Below, piece after piece: positions 1 through 9,030 of a DNA stretch of 35,440 bases. The notes beneath the pieces were generated by a model. That model ran no database searches, was not told where the DNA came from, and was given only the letters and a program-made list of their open reading frames with translations. Within the stretch, counting starts at the first letter, position 1; each line of letters begins with the position of its first letter. Source of the stretch: a virus (taxonomy: Duplodnaviria > Caudoviricetes); IMG/VR virus record IMGVR_UViG_3300018405_000008, positions 1 through 35,440 of that record. One strand, given 5' to 3'. The translations under genes were made by a program, and so were the position numbers.

Positions 1-123
1 ACAGCAAGATATGACGGAAGACCAGTATTTGGAGAAGCATTTGTAGCTATTAATATTAGCCAGGAAGCATTAGCGGTAGCGCCAGCAAAAACAGATGTAA
101 CTTTTGCTCTGGATTCAGCTAAC
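1..123. repeat. 123-bp direct terminal repeat (identical to 35318-35440); circular-assembly overlap
   Basis: acagcaagatatgacgga...ggattcagctaac is identical at both ends, and the capsid reading frame runs straight through the junction. Confidence 0.97.
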
Positions 124-129
124 GCGTAG
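1..129 (+). CDS. C-terminal end of major capsid protein (continues from 34031)
   Basis: Frame 1 reads TARYDGRPVFGEAFVAINISQEALAVAPAKTDVTFALDSANA-stop (TAG 127-129); RxDG..V...AF is typical of an HK97-fold capsid C-terminus. Confidence 0.92.
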   Translation, partial: TARYDGRPVFGEAFVAINISQEALAVAPAKTDVTFALDSANA

Positions 130-139
130 GAGGAGTATT

Positions 140-421
140 ATGAATGTAAAAATATTAAGGACATTCGTTTATGATAAAGTTTTTTATGCTGCTGAGCAAG
201 AGGTAGATTTTGAAAAAGAGCAGGTAGAGTATTTGAACTCTACCTCTCTTGGTAAAATAGTAGAAGTAATTGAAGGAAACATATCAGATGAAGAGACGAA
301 TCTATCAGAAAAAGATTATGAAAAATTAAAAAAAAAAAAACTTGTTGAAATAGCTAGAATGAAAGATATCCAGGTGGATGAAAATATGACAAAGAAAGAG
401 ATTATTGAGGAGTTGTTATAG
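140..421 (+). CDS. small head-associated protein with C-terminal HeH/Rho-N-like motif
   Basis: AGGAGG at 128-133 supports ATG 140 rather than 104; C-terminus LKKKKLVEIARMKDIQVDENMTKKEIIEELL resembles a Rho-N/HeH motif; lies directly after the capsid gene. Confidence 0.7.
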   Translation: MNVKILRTFVYDKVFYAAEQEVDFEKEQVEYLNSTSLGKIVEVIEGNISDEETNLSEKDYEKLKKKKLVEIARMKDIQVDENMTKKEIIEELL

Positions 422-697
422 ATGGACACTAACACTATACTCCAACTTGTTAAAGCGAGATTGGGTATTACATCGCCTGTTAGAGATACCTATTTGACAG
501 CAATTGTAGAAGCGGTAAAACACGAACTGACTGATGAAAAAGGGATATTGCTAGAGGCAAACAATCCAAATCATCTAATGTTCGTTGTAGATCTAGCTAC
601 ATGGAGATATGAAAGTAAAGATAATACAGGCGCTATGCCAAGACATTTACAATATAGACTTCATAACCTAGTAATCCACAATGGCGGTGGTGTGTAA
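422..697 (+). CDS. head-tail connector (HK97 gp6/SPP1 gp15-like)
   Basis: LQLVKARLGI...RDTYL and MPRHLQYRLHN motifs; size and synteny. Confidence 0.8.
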   Translation: MDTNTILQLVKARLGITSPVRDTYLTAIVEAVKHELTDEKGILLEANNPNHLMFVVDLATWRYESKDNTGAMPRHLQYRLHNLVIHNGGGV

Positions 698-993
698 TGA
701 TATATAACCACGAACTTATTTTAGTAGACAATTTAATAACTAAAGATTCAATCGGACAAGGTATAAAAACCGAGATTTTAACTACTGTTTTCTGTGGGGT
801 AAAAAGCATAATGAGAAATGAACATTATGCTGCAGCTACTGTGGGTTTAAAACCTAGTATAATTTTTGTTATTCATAAGTATGAATATAACGGACAACTA
901 AAAGTAAAGTTTGAAGGAAAAGAATATAAGGTGATAAGAACATATGCCACAAGCATAGAAGAAATTGAACTTGTATGCGAAAGGGTTGGTTAG
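697..993 (+). CDS. head closure protein (SPP1 gp16-like)
   Basis: VFCGVKSI..NEHYAA...GLKP, EYNGQ..V.FEGKEY.VIRTY motifs; synteny. Confidence 0.8.
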   Translation: MIYNHELILVDNLITKDSIGQGIKTEILTTVFCGVKSIMRNEHYAAATVGLKPSIIFVIHKYEYNGQLKVKFEGKEYKVIRTYATSIEEIELVCERVG

Positions 994-994
994 A

Positions 995-1378
995 ATGGCT
1001 AGCACAAAGATAGGAAACTTATCAGGAGAACTAGCGAAGCAATTTAAAATTTATTCAAATGAGATTGCCGATGAAGTTAATGTTAAATCTCTTGAATTAG
1101 CAAAAAGTGCAGTGAGAAAATTAAAAGAAACATCGCCTAAAGATACAGGGTTTTATTCGAAATCTTGGAAAATACAAACTAAAACATATGTGTATAGAAA
1201 AAATCAGGTACACACTATCCATAACACAACTAGACATTCACATCTTTTGGAAAAAGGACATGCGCTGAGAGGTGGTGGGCGAGCTAAAGCTAAACCCCAT
1301 ATAGCACCTGTAGAAAAAGAGATAATAGCAGAATTTGTGGATGCAGTAGAACAAATAATAAAGAGCGGAGGGAATTAG
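995..1378 (+). CDS. HK97 gp10-like tail completion protein
   Basis: SPKDTG.YSKSW, HLLEKGHA..GG.R..A.PHIAP motifs; ATG 995 follows the upstream stop. Confidence 0.85.
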   Translation: MASTKIGNLSGELAKQFKIYSNEIADEVNVKSLELAKSAVRKLKETSPKDTGFYSKSWKIQTKTYVYRKNQVHTIHNTTRHSHLLEKGHALRGGGRAKAKPHIAPVEKEIIAEFVDAVEQIIKSGGN

Positions 1379-1705
1379 ATGTTGATTACAGAGTTGTATA
1401 CACTTTTAGAATCTACAGGACTTCCAGTAGAATATTTAAAGTTTGAAAATGAACCTCAAAGTCCAGCACCTATTCCTCCGTTTATTGTTTATTATTTTGA
1501 GAATAGTGAGAACTTTGGAGCAGATAATAGGGTATATGAGAAAATTAATAACTATGCAATTGAGTTATATTCAGATAAAAAGGATATAGCAAACGAATCT
1601 TTAATTGAAAAATTATTTGATGATAATGATATTTTCTGGGATAAAACAGAAACATACATTGATTCAGAGAAAATGTATGAAGTTAGATATACTATACAAC
1701 TGTAG
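1379..1705 (+). CDS. tail terminator protein
   Basis: GLPV.Y..F, PPFIVY, NF.ADN.VY, IELYSDKKD motifs; immediately upstream of the major tail gene. Confidence 0.75.
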   Translation: MLITELYTLLESTGLPVEYLKFENEPQSPAPIPPFIVYYFENSENFGADNRVYEKINNYAIELYSDKKDIANESLIEKLFDDNDIFWDKTETYIDSEKMYEVRYTIQL

Positions 1706-1714
1706 GAGGTAAAT

Positions 1715-2284
1715 ATGAATAATAATATAGTTGAATTCGGTTTAAAAAATGTGCATGTAGCAGTAGGAACAGAAGGAGCATTGGGTGTAATAACCTATGC
1801 AGCTCCAGTTGCTGTTCCAGGAGCAGTAACCTTAAAGTTAGAAGAAAAATCAGACATGTATAAGTTTTTCGCGGATGATAGGGTTTATTTTTCAGAAGCA
1901 CAATCGGAGGGTGCAGAAGGAACTCTTGAAATGGCATTGTTCCCTGATAGTTTTAAAATCGACATATTGGGCTTTATAAGAGATGAAGATGGTGGTCTTG
2001 CAGAAAAGCTTAATTCTAATTCAAAACCTTTTGCCTTAGTATTTGAGTGCGACGGAGATAAAAACAAAGCTAGACATATATATTTCAATTGCAAAGCCGG
2101 GAAAATTAGCGATGAATACAAAACAGGAGAAGGTAAGAAAAATGTTAAAACTCAAACGCTGCCTATAACAGTAATGGGGGACGAAAACGGGTATCTTAAA
2201 GTTAGATATAACGAGGGAGAAGCTGGATACGCAAAAGCTATAACCACAATACCAACTATAACCCCAGCTCCAGTAATACCATAG
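1715..2284 (+). CDS. major tail protein (phi13 family)
   Basis: VEFGLKNVHVA, PGAV.L, F.ADD..Y, FAL.FE.DGD motifs; RBS AGGAGG upstream. Confidence 0.9.
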   Translation: MNNNIVEFGLKNVHVAVGTEGALGVITYAAPVAVPGAVTLKLEEKSDMYKFFADDRVYFSEAQSEGAEGTLEMALFPDSFKIDILGFIRDEDGGLAEKLNSNSKPFALVFECDGDKNKARHIYFNCKAGKISDEYKTGEGKKNVKTQTLPITVMGDENGYLKVRYNEGEAGYAKAITTIPTITPAPVIP

Positions 2285-2297
2285 AAAGGCGGCAGAA

Positions 2298-2687
2298 ATG
2301 GAAAAAACTATAAAGATATCAGGTAAAGAAGTAAGGCTTAAAAATACAGGCTCCTTCGCACTAAGGTATAAAGAGCAGTTCGGAAAGAATCCAATCAGCG
2401 AAATCATGGGGATGCTTAATGTTTTTAAAGATATTAATCTTGAATCATCTGATCCACTTGAAAATATGGAGCAGCTTAGGAAAATAGATTTTGATGTATT
2501 TTATAATGTTGTTTGGGCTCTTGCAAAGACCGCAGATAAAAGTATTGCGTCTCCTATGGATTGGCTTGATGAGTTTGAAGAATTTCCGATAATGGACATC
2601 CTTCCGGAAGTTATGGATATGATACTGCAAAGTTTTACTTCAACTATGGAGTCAAAAAAAAACATGAGTCATCCGGCGATGTGGTAA
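2298..2687 (+). CDS. tail assembly chaperone (gpG-like)
   Basis: MEKTIKISGKEV..., RYKEQFG, WLDEFEEFPI motifs; lies between major tail and tape measure genes. Confidence 0.85.
   Translation: MEKTIKISGKEVRLKNTGSFALRYKEQFGKNPISEIMGMLNVFKDINLESSDPLENMEQLRKIDFDVFYNVVWALAKTADKSIASPMDWLDEFEEFPIMDILPEVMDMILQSFTSTMESKKNMSHPAMW
2654..2663 (+). promoter_or_regulatory. -1 programmed ribosomal frameshift site (A AAA AAA / A AAA AAC) giving the gpGT fusion
   Basis: A9 run in frame ESKKN; the -1 frame is open from the run (HESSGDVVTLED...) into ORF 2681-2872. Confidence 0.8.
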
Positions 2688-2872
2688 CTCTTGAGGATAT
2701 AATGGTAGGGGCATCTATGAGAGGGATGCCTCTGCAAATGTTTGAGGATATGACCATAGGACAGATTATAGATTTTTGCATCACATATAATAACATAAAT
2801 GCTTCGGACGATGAAGAGGATGGCAGTCCTAAAATTAGAAAGGCAACGCAAGAAGATTTTGACAGGCTTTAA
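2660..2872 (+). CDS. tail assembly chaperone gpT portion (expressed by -1 frameshift)
   Basis: MTIGQIIDF...RKATQEDFDRL is typical of the gpT part; no clear RBS of its own. Confidence 0.75.
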   Translation, partial: KHESSGDVVTLEDIMVGASMRGMPLQMFEDMTIGQIIDFCITYNNINASDDEEDGSPKIRKATQEDFDRL

Positions 2873-2879
2873 CAAGTAT

Positions 2880-2903
2880 ATCACTCTTAGGAGTGGTTTT
2901 TTT
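2880..2903 (+). terminator. intrinsic terminator-like hairpin before the tape measure gene
   Basis: ATCACTC-TTAG-GAGTGGT followed by a T-run. Confidence 0.6.
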
Positions 2904-2931
2904 ATGCCTTTAAATAAAAGGTGGTGAGGTT

Positions 2932-5271
2932 TTGGCAGGTAATATTAAAGGAATTACTATAGAAATTGGTGGAGATACCACCAAACTCGAAAGTGCTTTG
3001 TCGGGGGTAAACAAAAGTACAAAAAATATACAAACTGAACTTAAAGCAGTAGATAGACTTTTGAAATTTGACCCCAAGAACACAGAGGCGCTTGCGCAAA
3101 AACAAAAACTACTAGCAGAGCAGGTAGAAAACACAAAGACTAAACTCGATACTCTTAAAGAGGCGCAAATTCAAGCTAAACAGCAACTTGCAGAAGGTAA
3201 AATTGGTGAAGAACAATATAGAGCTCTGGCAAGAGAGGTAGAATTTACAGCCAAACAACTTGATAATCTAGAAAAAGAATTAAAAGATACTAATGATAAA
3301 TGGAAAGATTTCGGGGATAAAGCAAAAGATGCTGGCGAGAAAATGAAGAGCGTCGGCGAGAAAATGAGTGTGGGCATTACGGCGCCTATTTTGGCTGTTG
3401 GCGCAGGCGCAGTGGTAGCTTTTAATGAAGTCGACGGAGCTCTTGATACTATAGTTACTAAAACAGGAGCTACTGGCGAAGCAATGAGCGGTCTTAAAGA
3501 TTCATTTGATAATGTAGCAGGAAATGGACCTTATGAAATTCAAGCAGTCGGAGATGCAATAGGTGAAGTAAATACTCAGTTCGGGCTACTAGGTCCAGAA
3601 CTTGAAGAAGCCACAGAACTAATACTAAGATTCTCAGAAATAAATGGCCAAGATGTTACTTCATCTACTATAAGCAGTAAGCAAGCTATAGAAGCTTTTG
3701 GTCTAAGTGCTCAGGATTTGCCAGCTGTACTAGATGCCGTTACTAAAACCGCTCAAAATACAGGAATTTCTACAGATGCATTATTTGATTCGGTTATAAA
3801 AGGTGCCCCACAATTAAAAGCTATGGGTCTTGAATTTGAAACATCAGCTGCGGTTATGGGTAGATTTGAGCAAAAAGGTATAGATGGCGGAAAAGCTTTG
3901 TCCTATATGGCTAAAGCTCAGGTTACTTTTGCTAAGGATGGAAAAACACTGCAAGAAGGAATGGGTGAGCTAATTGAAACGCTAGGCACTACGGAAAGTG
4001 AAACAGAAAGACTTACCTTAGCTTCTGAATATTTTGGAACCAAAGGCGCTGCATTTATGTTGGATGCTCTCGACCAGGGAGCTCTATCATTAGGAGATTT
4101 TTCTAATGCAGCCACAGATGCTACTGGAGCAGTTAATTCAACTTTTGAAGGAACACTTGATCCAATAGATAACTACACTACAGCAATGAATAATTTGAAG
4201 CTTGTAGGTAATGACTTAGCTAGTGTTATGCAGGGAGTTATGGCACCAGCATTAATTGCTATAGCTGAAAAATTACAAGAATTTGCTAAATGGTTTAAAG
4301 ATTTGCCTGGACCAGTAAAAGAAACTATGGTTGTTATCGCAGGTCTAGCTGCTGCAATTGGTCCTTTGCTAATTATATTCGGAACAATAGCAAGTTCTAT
4401 AACATCTATAATTACTGTGTTTGGTACATTAGGAACTACCTTTGCAACAATTGGTGCAGCAGTAGCTCCATTAGGTGCTGCAATAGGAGCAATATCTTTA
4501 CCTGTAGTTGCAGTTGTAGCTGCAGTAGGGCTACTCATAGCTGCTGGAATAGCTCTATATAAGAACTGGGATGAAGTTAAAGCTTTTGCTCTAAAGACTT
4601 GGGAAGATATCAAGTCTACTATTTTAGGAATACTAGATAAAGTGAAAGCCGATTTTACTAAGTTTGGTACAGATATATCTACTTTATGGACTAATACATG
4701 GAATGGTGTTAAAACATTTATTTCAGACACTCTAAGTAATATAAGAATAATTATTACAACATTTATTCAAGTTATAAAAGATAGCTGGAATATGTTTGGT
4801 GAAAATCTAAAAATTGTTACAACAGCAATGTGGGATGGAATAAGGAATACTTTTTCTGTAAAAATTGAAGAAGCAAAAGATCTTGTAAGAAGAGGATTAG
4901 ATGCTATAGTAGGATTCTTTAGAAATTTAAAGATACCACAGTTTAAGATTCCATTACCGCATTTTAAAATTAATGGTTCTTTTAGTCTTAATCCTCCTAA
5001 AGTTCCTACACTAGGTGTTGATTGGTACGATAAAGGTGGAATTTTTACAGGACCTACTGTAATTGGAGTTGGAGAAAAGAGACCTGAATTTGTTGGAGCG
5101 CTTGATGATTTAAGAAAAATAGTGAGAGAAGAATCTAGCGAAGGTCAAAAGATAGAAAACAATTTTAATATATCTTCTCTTGTTGTTAGAGAAGAAGCTG
5201 ATATTAAAAAAATAGCTAGAGAATTGTATGATATGCAGAAAAGAACAGGAAGGGGGCTTGGAATGGCATGA
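2932..5271 (+). CDS. tail tape measure protein
   Basis: 779 aa; IKGITIEIGGDTTKL N-terminus, coiled coil, Ala/Gly-rich core, hydrophobic segment, periodic Trp region, WY.KGGIF..PT.IGVGE C-terminus; TTG start with AAGGTGG RBS. Confidence 0.95.
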   Translation: MAGNIKGITIEIGGDTTKLESALSGVNKSTKNIQTELKAVDRLLKFDPKNTEALAQKQKLLAEQVENTKTKLDTLKEAQIQAKQQLAEGKIGEEQYRALAREVEFTAKQLDNLEKELKDTNDKWKDFGDKAKDAGEKMKSVGEKMSVGITAPILAVGAGAVVAFNEVDGALDTIVTKTGATGEAMSGLKDSFDNVAGNGPYEIQAVGDAIGEVNTQFGLLGPELEEATELILRFSEINGQDVTSSTISSKQAIEAFGLSAQDLPAVLDAVTKTAQNTGISTDALFDSVIKGAPQLKAMGLEFETSAAVMGRFEQKGIDGGKALSYMAKAQVTFAKDGKTLQEGMGELIETLGTTESETERLTLASEYFGTKGAAFMLDALDQGALSLGDFSNAATDATGAVNSTFEGTLDPIDNYTTAMNNLKLVGNDLASVMQGVMAPALIAIAEKLQEFAKWFKDLPGPVKETMVVIAGLAAAIGPLLIIFGTIASSITSIITVFGTLGTTFATIGAAVAPLGAAIGAISLPVVAVVAAVGLLIAAGIALYKNWDEVKAFALKTWEDIKSTILGILDKVKADFTKFGTDISTLWTNTWNGVKTFISDTLSNIRIIITTFIQVIKDSWNMFGENLKIVTTAMWDGIRNTFSVKIEEAKDLVRRGLDAIVGFFRNLKIPQFKIPLPHFKINGSFSLNPPKVPTLGVDWYDKGGIFTGPTVIGVGEKRPEFVGALDDLRKIVREESSEGQKIENNFNISSLVVREEADIKKIARELYDMQKRTGRGLGMA

Positions 5272-5639
5272 TAGGATTTAGCTTTAATGGAGTACATTCA
5301 AATTTTTATGATCTGCATATTAAAACGATAGCGCCACCCATTCCACCCAAGCCTAGGTATAAAGAAGTTAAAGTAATTGGAAAAGATGGAACATACAAAT
5401 TTCTTGATGGATATGAAGATATTTCTATACAGTTTGATGTATTGATTTTAGGAACAATAAGTGAAAGGCGAGAAAAAATTAGAACTATTGGAGTATGGCT
5501 ACAAGGAGAACACAATCTAGTAATTGACTATGATAATGTGGTAGTTTACAAAGCATGCTTAGTAGATATGGTCACACAAAAATTTGATATAAATTTTGAG
5601 GTTTTAAGAATTACTTTTAGTGCTAGGTTGGTGGTTTAG
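5268..5639 (+). CDS. distal tail protein (Dit)
   Basis: FSFNGVHS..Y.L, V.GKDG motifs; directly follows TMP with ATGA overlap. Confidence 0.8.
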   Translation: MIGFSFNGVHSNFYDLHIKTIAPPIPPKPRYKEVKVIGKDGTYKFLDGYEDISIQFDVLILGTISERREKIRTIGVWLQGEHNLVIDYDNVVVYKACLVDMVTQKFDINFEVLRITFSARLVV

Positions 5640-5641
5640 TA

Positions 5642-7321
5642 ATGAAAATATTAGACAATAATCTAAACTTTATTGTAAATCTTGACAATATACTCGATGC
5701 AAAAATAAAGCAAGGAATTAATAAGGAATACAATCTTGAATTTACAGCCATCTTAGATTCTACTGCTAAAAATTATATTAATCATAACTATATAGTAGAG
5801 GCAGATGAAAATTATTTTGATATTGTTACATTTGAACAGTATAGAAATGATGCAGGGTTATTTGTAAAAGCTTATTGTGAACATATATCTTATAGATTAA
5901 ATAAAGTAGAGTATGATAAAGACTACTTTACTGAGGATGGAACTCCAGAATATATACTTTCTAAAATATTAGAAGGTACTGGATTTACTGTTAGTACTGT
6001 AGATTTTAATCAAATCCAAACATTTTCAATTCAAGAAAAACTATCACGTAGAGCTATTTTGCTTGAGTTTGCATCGTATATAGGTGCTGAAATTAAGTAT
6101 GATAGATTCAACATTTCTTTATTACAGCGACTTGGAAGCATAACAGGCAAAGAATTTAAGATTGGAAAAGATATTATTGGAATAAGAAAATTTGTAGATT
6201 CTAGAGAAAATGTAAATGGAATTCCAAAGCTCGCATATGATATAGATGTTGTCGAGCTTAAAATATTACCTGAATTTGGACAGTTTGAAGAGTTTGGTTT
6301 AGGAGATACAGTAAAAGTTATAGATCCTGATTTAGAAATAAATACTGAAGTTAGAATAGTAAGCTATGAATATAATCCACTTGAAAAAATCAACTCAAAA
6401 GTAGAAATTCAAAATTTTTTTAGTACACTTGCTGATGATATTTTTAGAATACAAAGAGATACTCTTGCAAAAGGAAAATTATATCATGGAATTAGAATTA
6501 GTCCAGATATGGGATTCGAAGCAATTAGAAGCGACGAAAAAGCTAGAGCATGGTTTAATTCAGATACCTTGGCCATGCAATCTAAAGAAGATGGCCAGTG
6601 GAAAAATAAGCTCTGGTTTGACCCACTAGAAGGAGTTTATAAATTTGACGGTTTATTATCAGCAACTGCTATTGAAGCTATCTCTGCAGAAATAGACGTA
6701 GTAGTTTCTGAGACAGTGATAGTCAATAACCTATATGCAAGTAGAGGCAGAATTGCAGAACTAACAGTAGACCACCTTTTAACAGGAGATTTTTTAAAAG
6801 GCGATGAATCTCTATTTTATATTGAGGCGGAAAAGCAATTTTTAAAGTTCATGCAAGCTCAGCGAAATGATAGCCTTCCAATGGTTCAATACACAACTAG
6901 AGATGGAGCGCTTTTGTTCTGGACAGATGAATATCAAAAAGAAATGCATACAGCAGAAACAGATTATCCAGTAATGGTATATCAGTATGATGCTATTCCA
7001 GTTATGCAGATGCAGTTTGAAGAGATTACTGATTCTGTTGGCAGTTTAAGAGTTCCTACAATAACATTAGGCAGAGGAGATGGAGCTACTCCATTGTCAA
7101 GCAAAGGTAGGATTTATAAAGATCGTAAAGGTATGGTAGTTGAGTACTTCAAAAGTAATTCTGGGGATAGACTAGCTGTAACTATTACGGATGATGGGAT
7201 TGAAGTTCCAGGAAATACAGGTCCTAAAGGATTAAGAAATATAGCAGTGGGAGCAACTCCACCAGCAAACCCTCAGAATAACGATTTATGGATTGATACT
7301 ACGGGAGGAGTGACTCCATAA
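5642..7321 (+). CDS. tail spike / Tal (prophage tail endopeptidase-like) protein
   Basis: 559 aa after Dit; IN.EY.LEF, CEHISY.L, LGDTV.VID..L.I..EVRIV motifs of baseplate hub proteins. Confidence 0.8.
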   Translation: MKILDNNLNFIVNLDNILDAKIKQGINKEYNLEFTAILDSTAKNYINHNYIVEADENYFDIVTFEQYRNDAGLFVKAYCEHISYRLNKVEYDKDYFTEDGTPEYILSKILEGTGFTVSTVDFNQIQTFSIQEKLSRRAILLEFASYIGAEIKYDRFNISLLQRLGSITGKEFKIGKDIIGIRKFVDSRENVNGIPKLAYDIDVVELKILPEFGQFEEFGLGDTVKVIDPDLEINTEVRIVSYEYNPLEKINSKVEIQNFFSTLADDIFRIQRDTLAKGKLYHGIRISPDMGFEAIRSDEKARAWFNSDTLAMQSKEDGQWKNKLWFDPLEGVYKFDGLLSATAIEAISAEIDVVVSETVIVNNLYASRGRIAELTVDHLLTGDFLKGDESLFYIEAEKQFLKFMQAQRNDSLPMVQYTTRDGALLFWTDEYQKEMHTAETDYPVMVYQYDAIPVMQMQFEEITDSVGSLRVPTITLGRGDGATPLSSKGRIYKDRKGMVVEYFKSNSGDRLAVTITDDGIEVPGNTGPKGLRNIAVGATPPANPQNNDLWIDTTGGVTP

Positions 7322-7533
7322 TGCCAGAAAAGTTAATGCGATGGAATGGTAGTGAGTGGGTTGAAGTAACGAGTTTAGCGAGAAATGAAGTAAAAATAAT
7401 TACAGGAATGCTGAATAAATTTATATCTATTAATAAAGAACTATCAACTGAAGAAAATGTTGGCTTTTCTTCGTCAATTAAAAAATATAATATATCCCCT
7501 AGTAAAACAATATCTAATTACACGAAACTTTAG
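7321..7533 (+). CDS. small tail tip protein
   Basis: GGAGGAG RBS, TAATG overlap; LMRWNGSEWVEV is a motif common in phage tail fibres. Confidence 0.6.
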   Translation: MPEKLMRWNGSEWVEVTSLARNEVKIITGMLNKFISINKELSTEENVGFSSSIKKYNISPSKTISNYTKL

Positions 7534-7547
7534 AAAGGAGAAAATAT

Positions 7548-8306
7548 ATGGCGATAATATCAGATACATTTACTATATCTTATTCTGGCGAGCCTGGAGA
7601 TGGGCCATATTCATTAGTAAACAGATATTTATATGATCTTAAGGAAAAACTTTTAGGACATGGTTTTAATATGGTTTATGAAAACAGTGTAACAAATATT
7701 AATCAAGAGGCAAAGAATTATATATTATCTTTAGATGGTATTTCTGGAGTCAGATTACGGTCAACTTCTGGTGTGATTTATTTTTACGTAGGGATAATAA
7801 AAAATGGAAATTCTATTGACCCAGCTATTGGCAATGTAAATTTTAATGTTAGTGGTACTGGCGTTTCAACATACAAATGCTTTTTTAGTAATAATTTTTA
7901 TTTTTTACAAAACCTTGCGAACTCAAACATAACTATTATGTTTTTTAAAACAAATTATGGATGGTGTCCATGTGGTACTGCTTTTACTACGGCTCACTCG
8001 TTTTTTGTTACTATAAATGGACAATACTACCAGGCTTATATATCATCCGTAGGTAACAATCCAAGTTATTTAAATTTAGATAATAATCATGTTTTATATT
8101 CACCATCTTTTGTTAGACAAACAGTGCCAGGTACTAGTACCAATACCTCAGATAGACGATTAGATGATACAATAAAATACACTGGTTCAGCATACATTAA
8201 GCCAGATACATTATCTCAATTAGATACAAACACTATGTATAAAATAAATGATACGAATGAAATTTTTTATTATGGTGGTCCATTGTCTTTAATATATTTT
8301 GACTAA
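7548..8306 (+). CDS. hypothetical protein, candidate receptor-binding protein
   Basis: AAGGAG RBS; last gene of the tail module; Asn/Ser/Thr/Tyr-rich beta-like composition. Confidence 0.5.
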   Translation: MAIISDTFTISYSGEPGDGPYSLVNRYLYDLKEKLLGHGFNMVYENSVTNINQEAKNYILSLDGISGVRLRSTSGVIYFYVGIIKNGNSIDPAIGNVNFNVSGTGVSTYKCFFSNNFYFLQNLANSNITIMFFKTNYGWCPCGTAFTTAHSFFVTINGQYYQAYISSVGNNPSYLNLDNNHVLYSPSFVRQTVPGTSTNTSDRRLDDTIKYTGSAYIKPDTLSQLDTNTMYKINDTNEIFYYGGPLSLIYFD

Positions 8307-8319
8307 AAAGGAGAAACCA

Positions 8320-8394
8320 ATGTTTACAGGATTATTACTAATAGGATTAATGTACGTAACATTGATAGTAATTATGTTATTTTGGAACAGATGA
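8320..8394 (+). CDS. 24-aa single-transmembrane peptide (MFTGLLLIGLMYVTLIVIMLFWNR)
   Basis: AAAAGGAG RBS 6 nt upstream of ATG 8320; translated by hand, not in the ORF track. Confidence 0.5.
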   Translation: MFTGLLLIGLMYVTLIVIMLFWNR

Positions 8395-8442
8395 TAATCT
8401 AATTATTTATTAAAAAAAGCACCTTTTTACTGGAGGGATAGT

Positions 8443-8715
8443 ATGATAGAAAAACTATGTACTGAAAAGCATAAGAACATTGAAGATAAGTTTGAAAATC
8501 ATCAAAAAAAATTAGATGAGCATTCAGATGAGATTGATGATATCAAATCTAGTATAGGTGTAATAAATGCTGATAATCGTGAATTTAAAACTAAAATTAC
8601 AGATTTATGTAAGCAGCTCACTGAATTAACAACTACAATAAGGTGGTTTATTGGATTAATGGTTGGAGGCTTTGTAGGTTTCTTTTTTTATGCAGCGCAA
8701 AAGGGGTTGCTTTAA
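8443..8715 (+). CDS. XhlA-family (hemolysin-like) lysis accessory protein
   Basis: N-terminal coiled coil plus C-terminal TM (WFIGLMVGGFVGFFFYAAQ); first gene of the lysis cassette. Confidence 0.75.
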   Translation: MIEKLCTEKHKNIEDKFENHQKKLDEHSDEIDDIKSSIGVINADNREFKTKITDLCKQLTELTTTIRWFIGLMVGGFVGFFFYAAQKGLL

Positions 8716-9027
8716 TTGGATTACACTAAAGAAGAGCTTCAAGAGATGCTAAGAATAAAACAAAAAGAAGAAAAAAAATTAAAAAAACAAAAGAATATGG
8801 AATTTAGCAAAATAATTCTAATTGGAGTAACAATGGCAGTAACTATTGTTACTCTATTTAGTTTTCTAATGATTTATGTTACAAGAGATCTTTCGCCACT
8901 TTCATATTTAATACCTGCTTGGTTTACTGAATTTTCTATAGCTACAGGATTTTATTACAATAAAGCAAAAGCTGAGAATATAACAAAGATTGAAAAAAAT
9001 AATTATGAAGAATATAAGGAGGGTTAA
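8716..9027 (+). CDS. holin-like membrane protein (2 TM)
   Basis: EFSKIIL...DLSPLSYLIP..FTE....TGFYY.KAKAEN; lysis cassette context. Confidence 0.65.
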   Translation: MDYTKEELQEMLRIKQKEEKKLKKQKNMEFSKIILIGVTMAVTIVTLFSFLMIYVTRDLSPLSYLIPAWFTEFSIATGFYYNKAKAENITKIEKNNYEEYKEG

Positions 9028-9030
9028 GGT

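Noticed and set aside
1-123. Terminal repeat as a biological direct terminal repeat or att duplication
   Set aside because: It falls in the middle of the capsid gene, far from the packaging and att regions, so it is best explained as assembler overlap.
328-340. A13 homopolymer as a phase-variation switch
   Set aside because: The frame is intact and encodes a Lys run in an AT-rich genome; no evidence of variation without reads.
3334-3368. GGCGAGAAAATGA repeated at 21 nt in the TMP
   Set aside because: Simply encodes a heptad repeat (GEKM) of the tape measure helix.
1692-4730. Minus-strand ORFs opposite the tail genes (e.g. 2036-2407, 4173-4730)
   Set aside because: Shadow ORFs of well-supported plus-strand genes, with no RBS or motifs.
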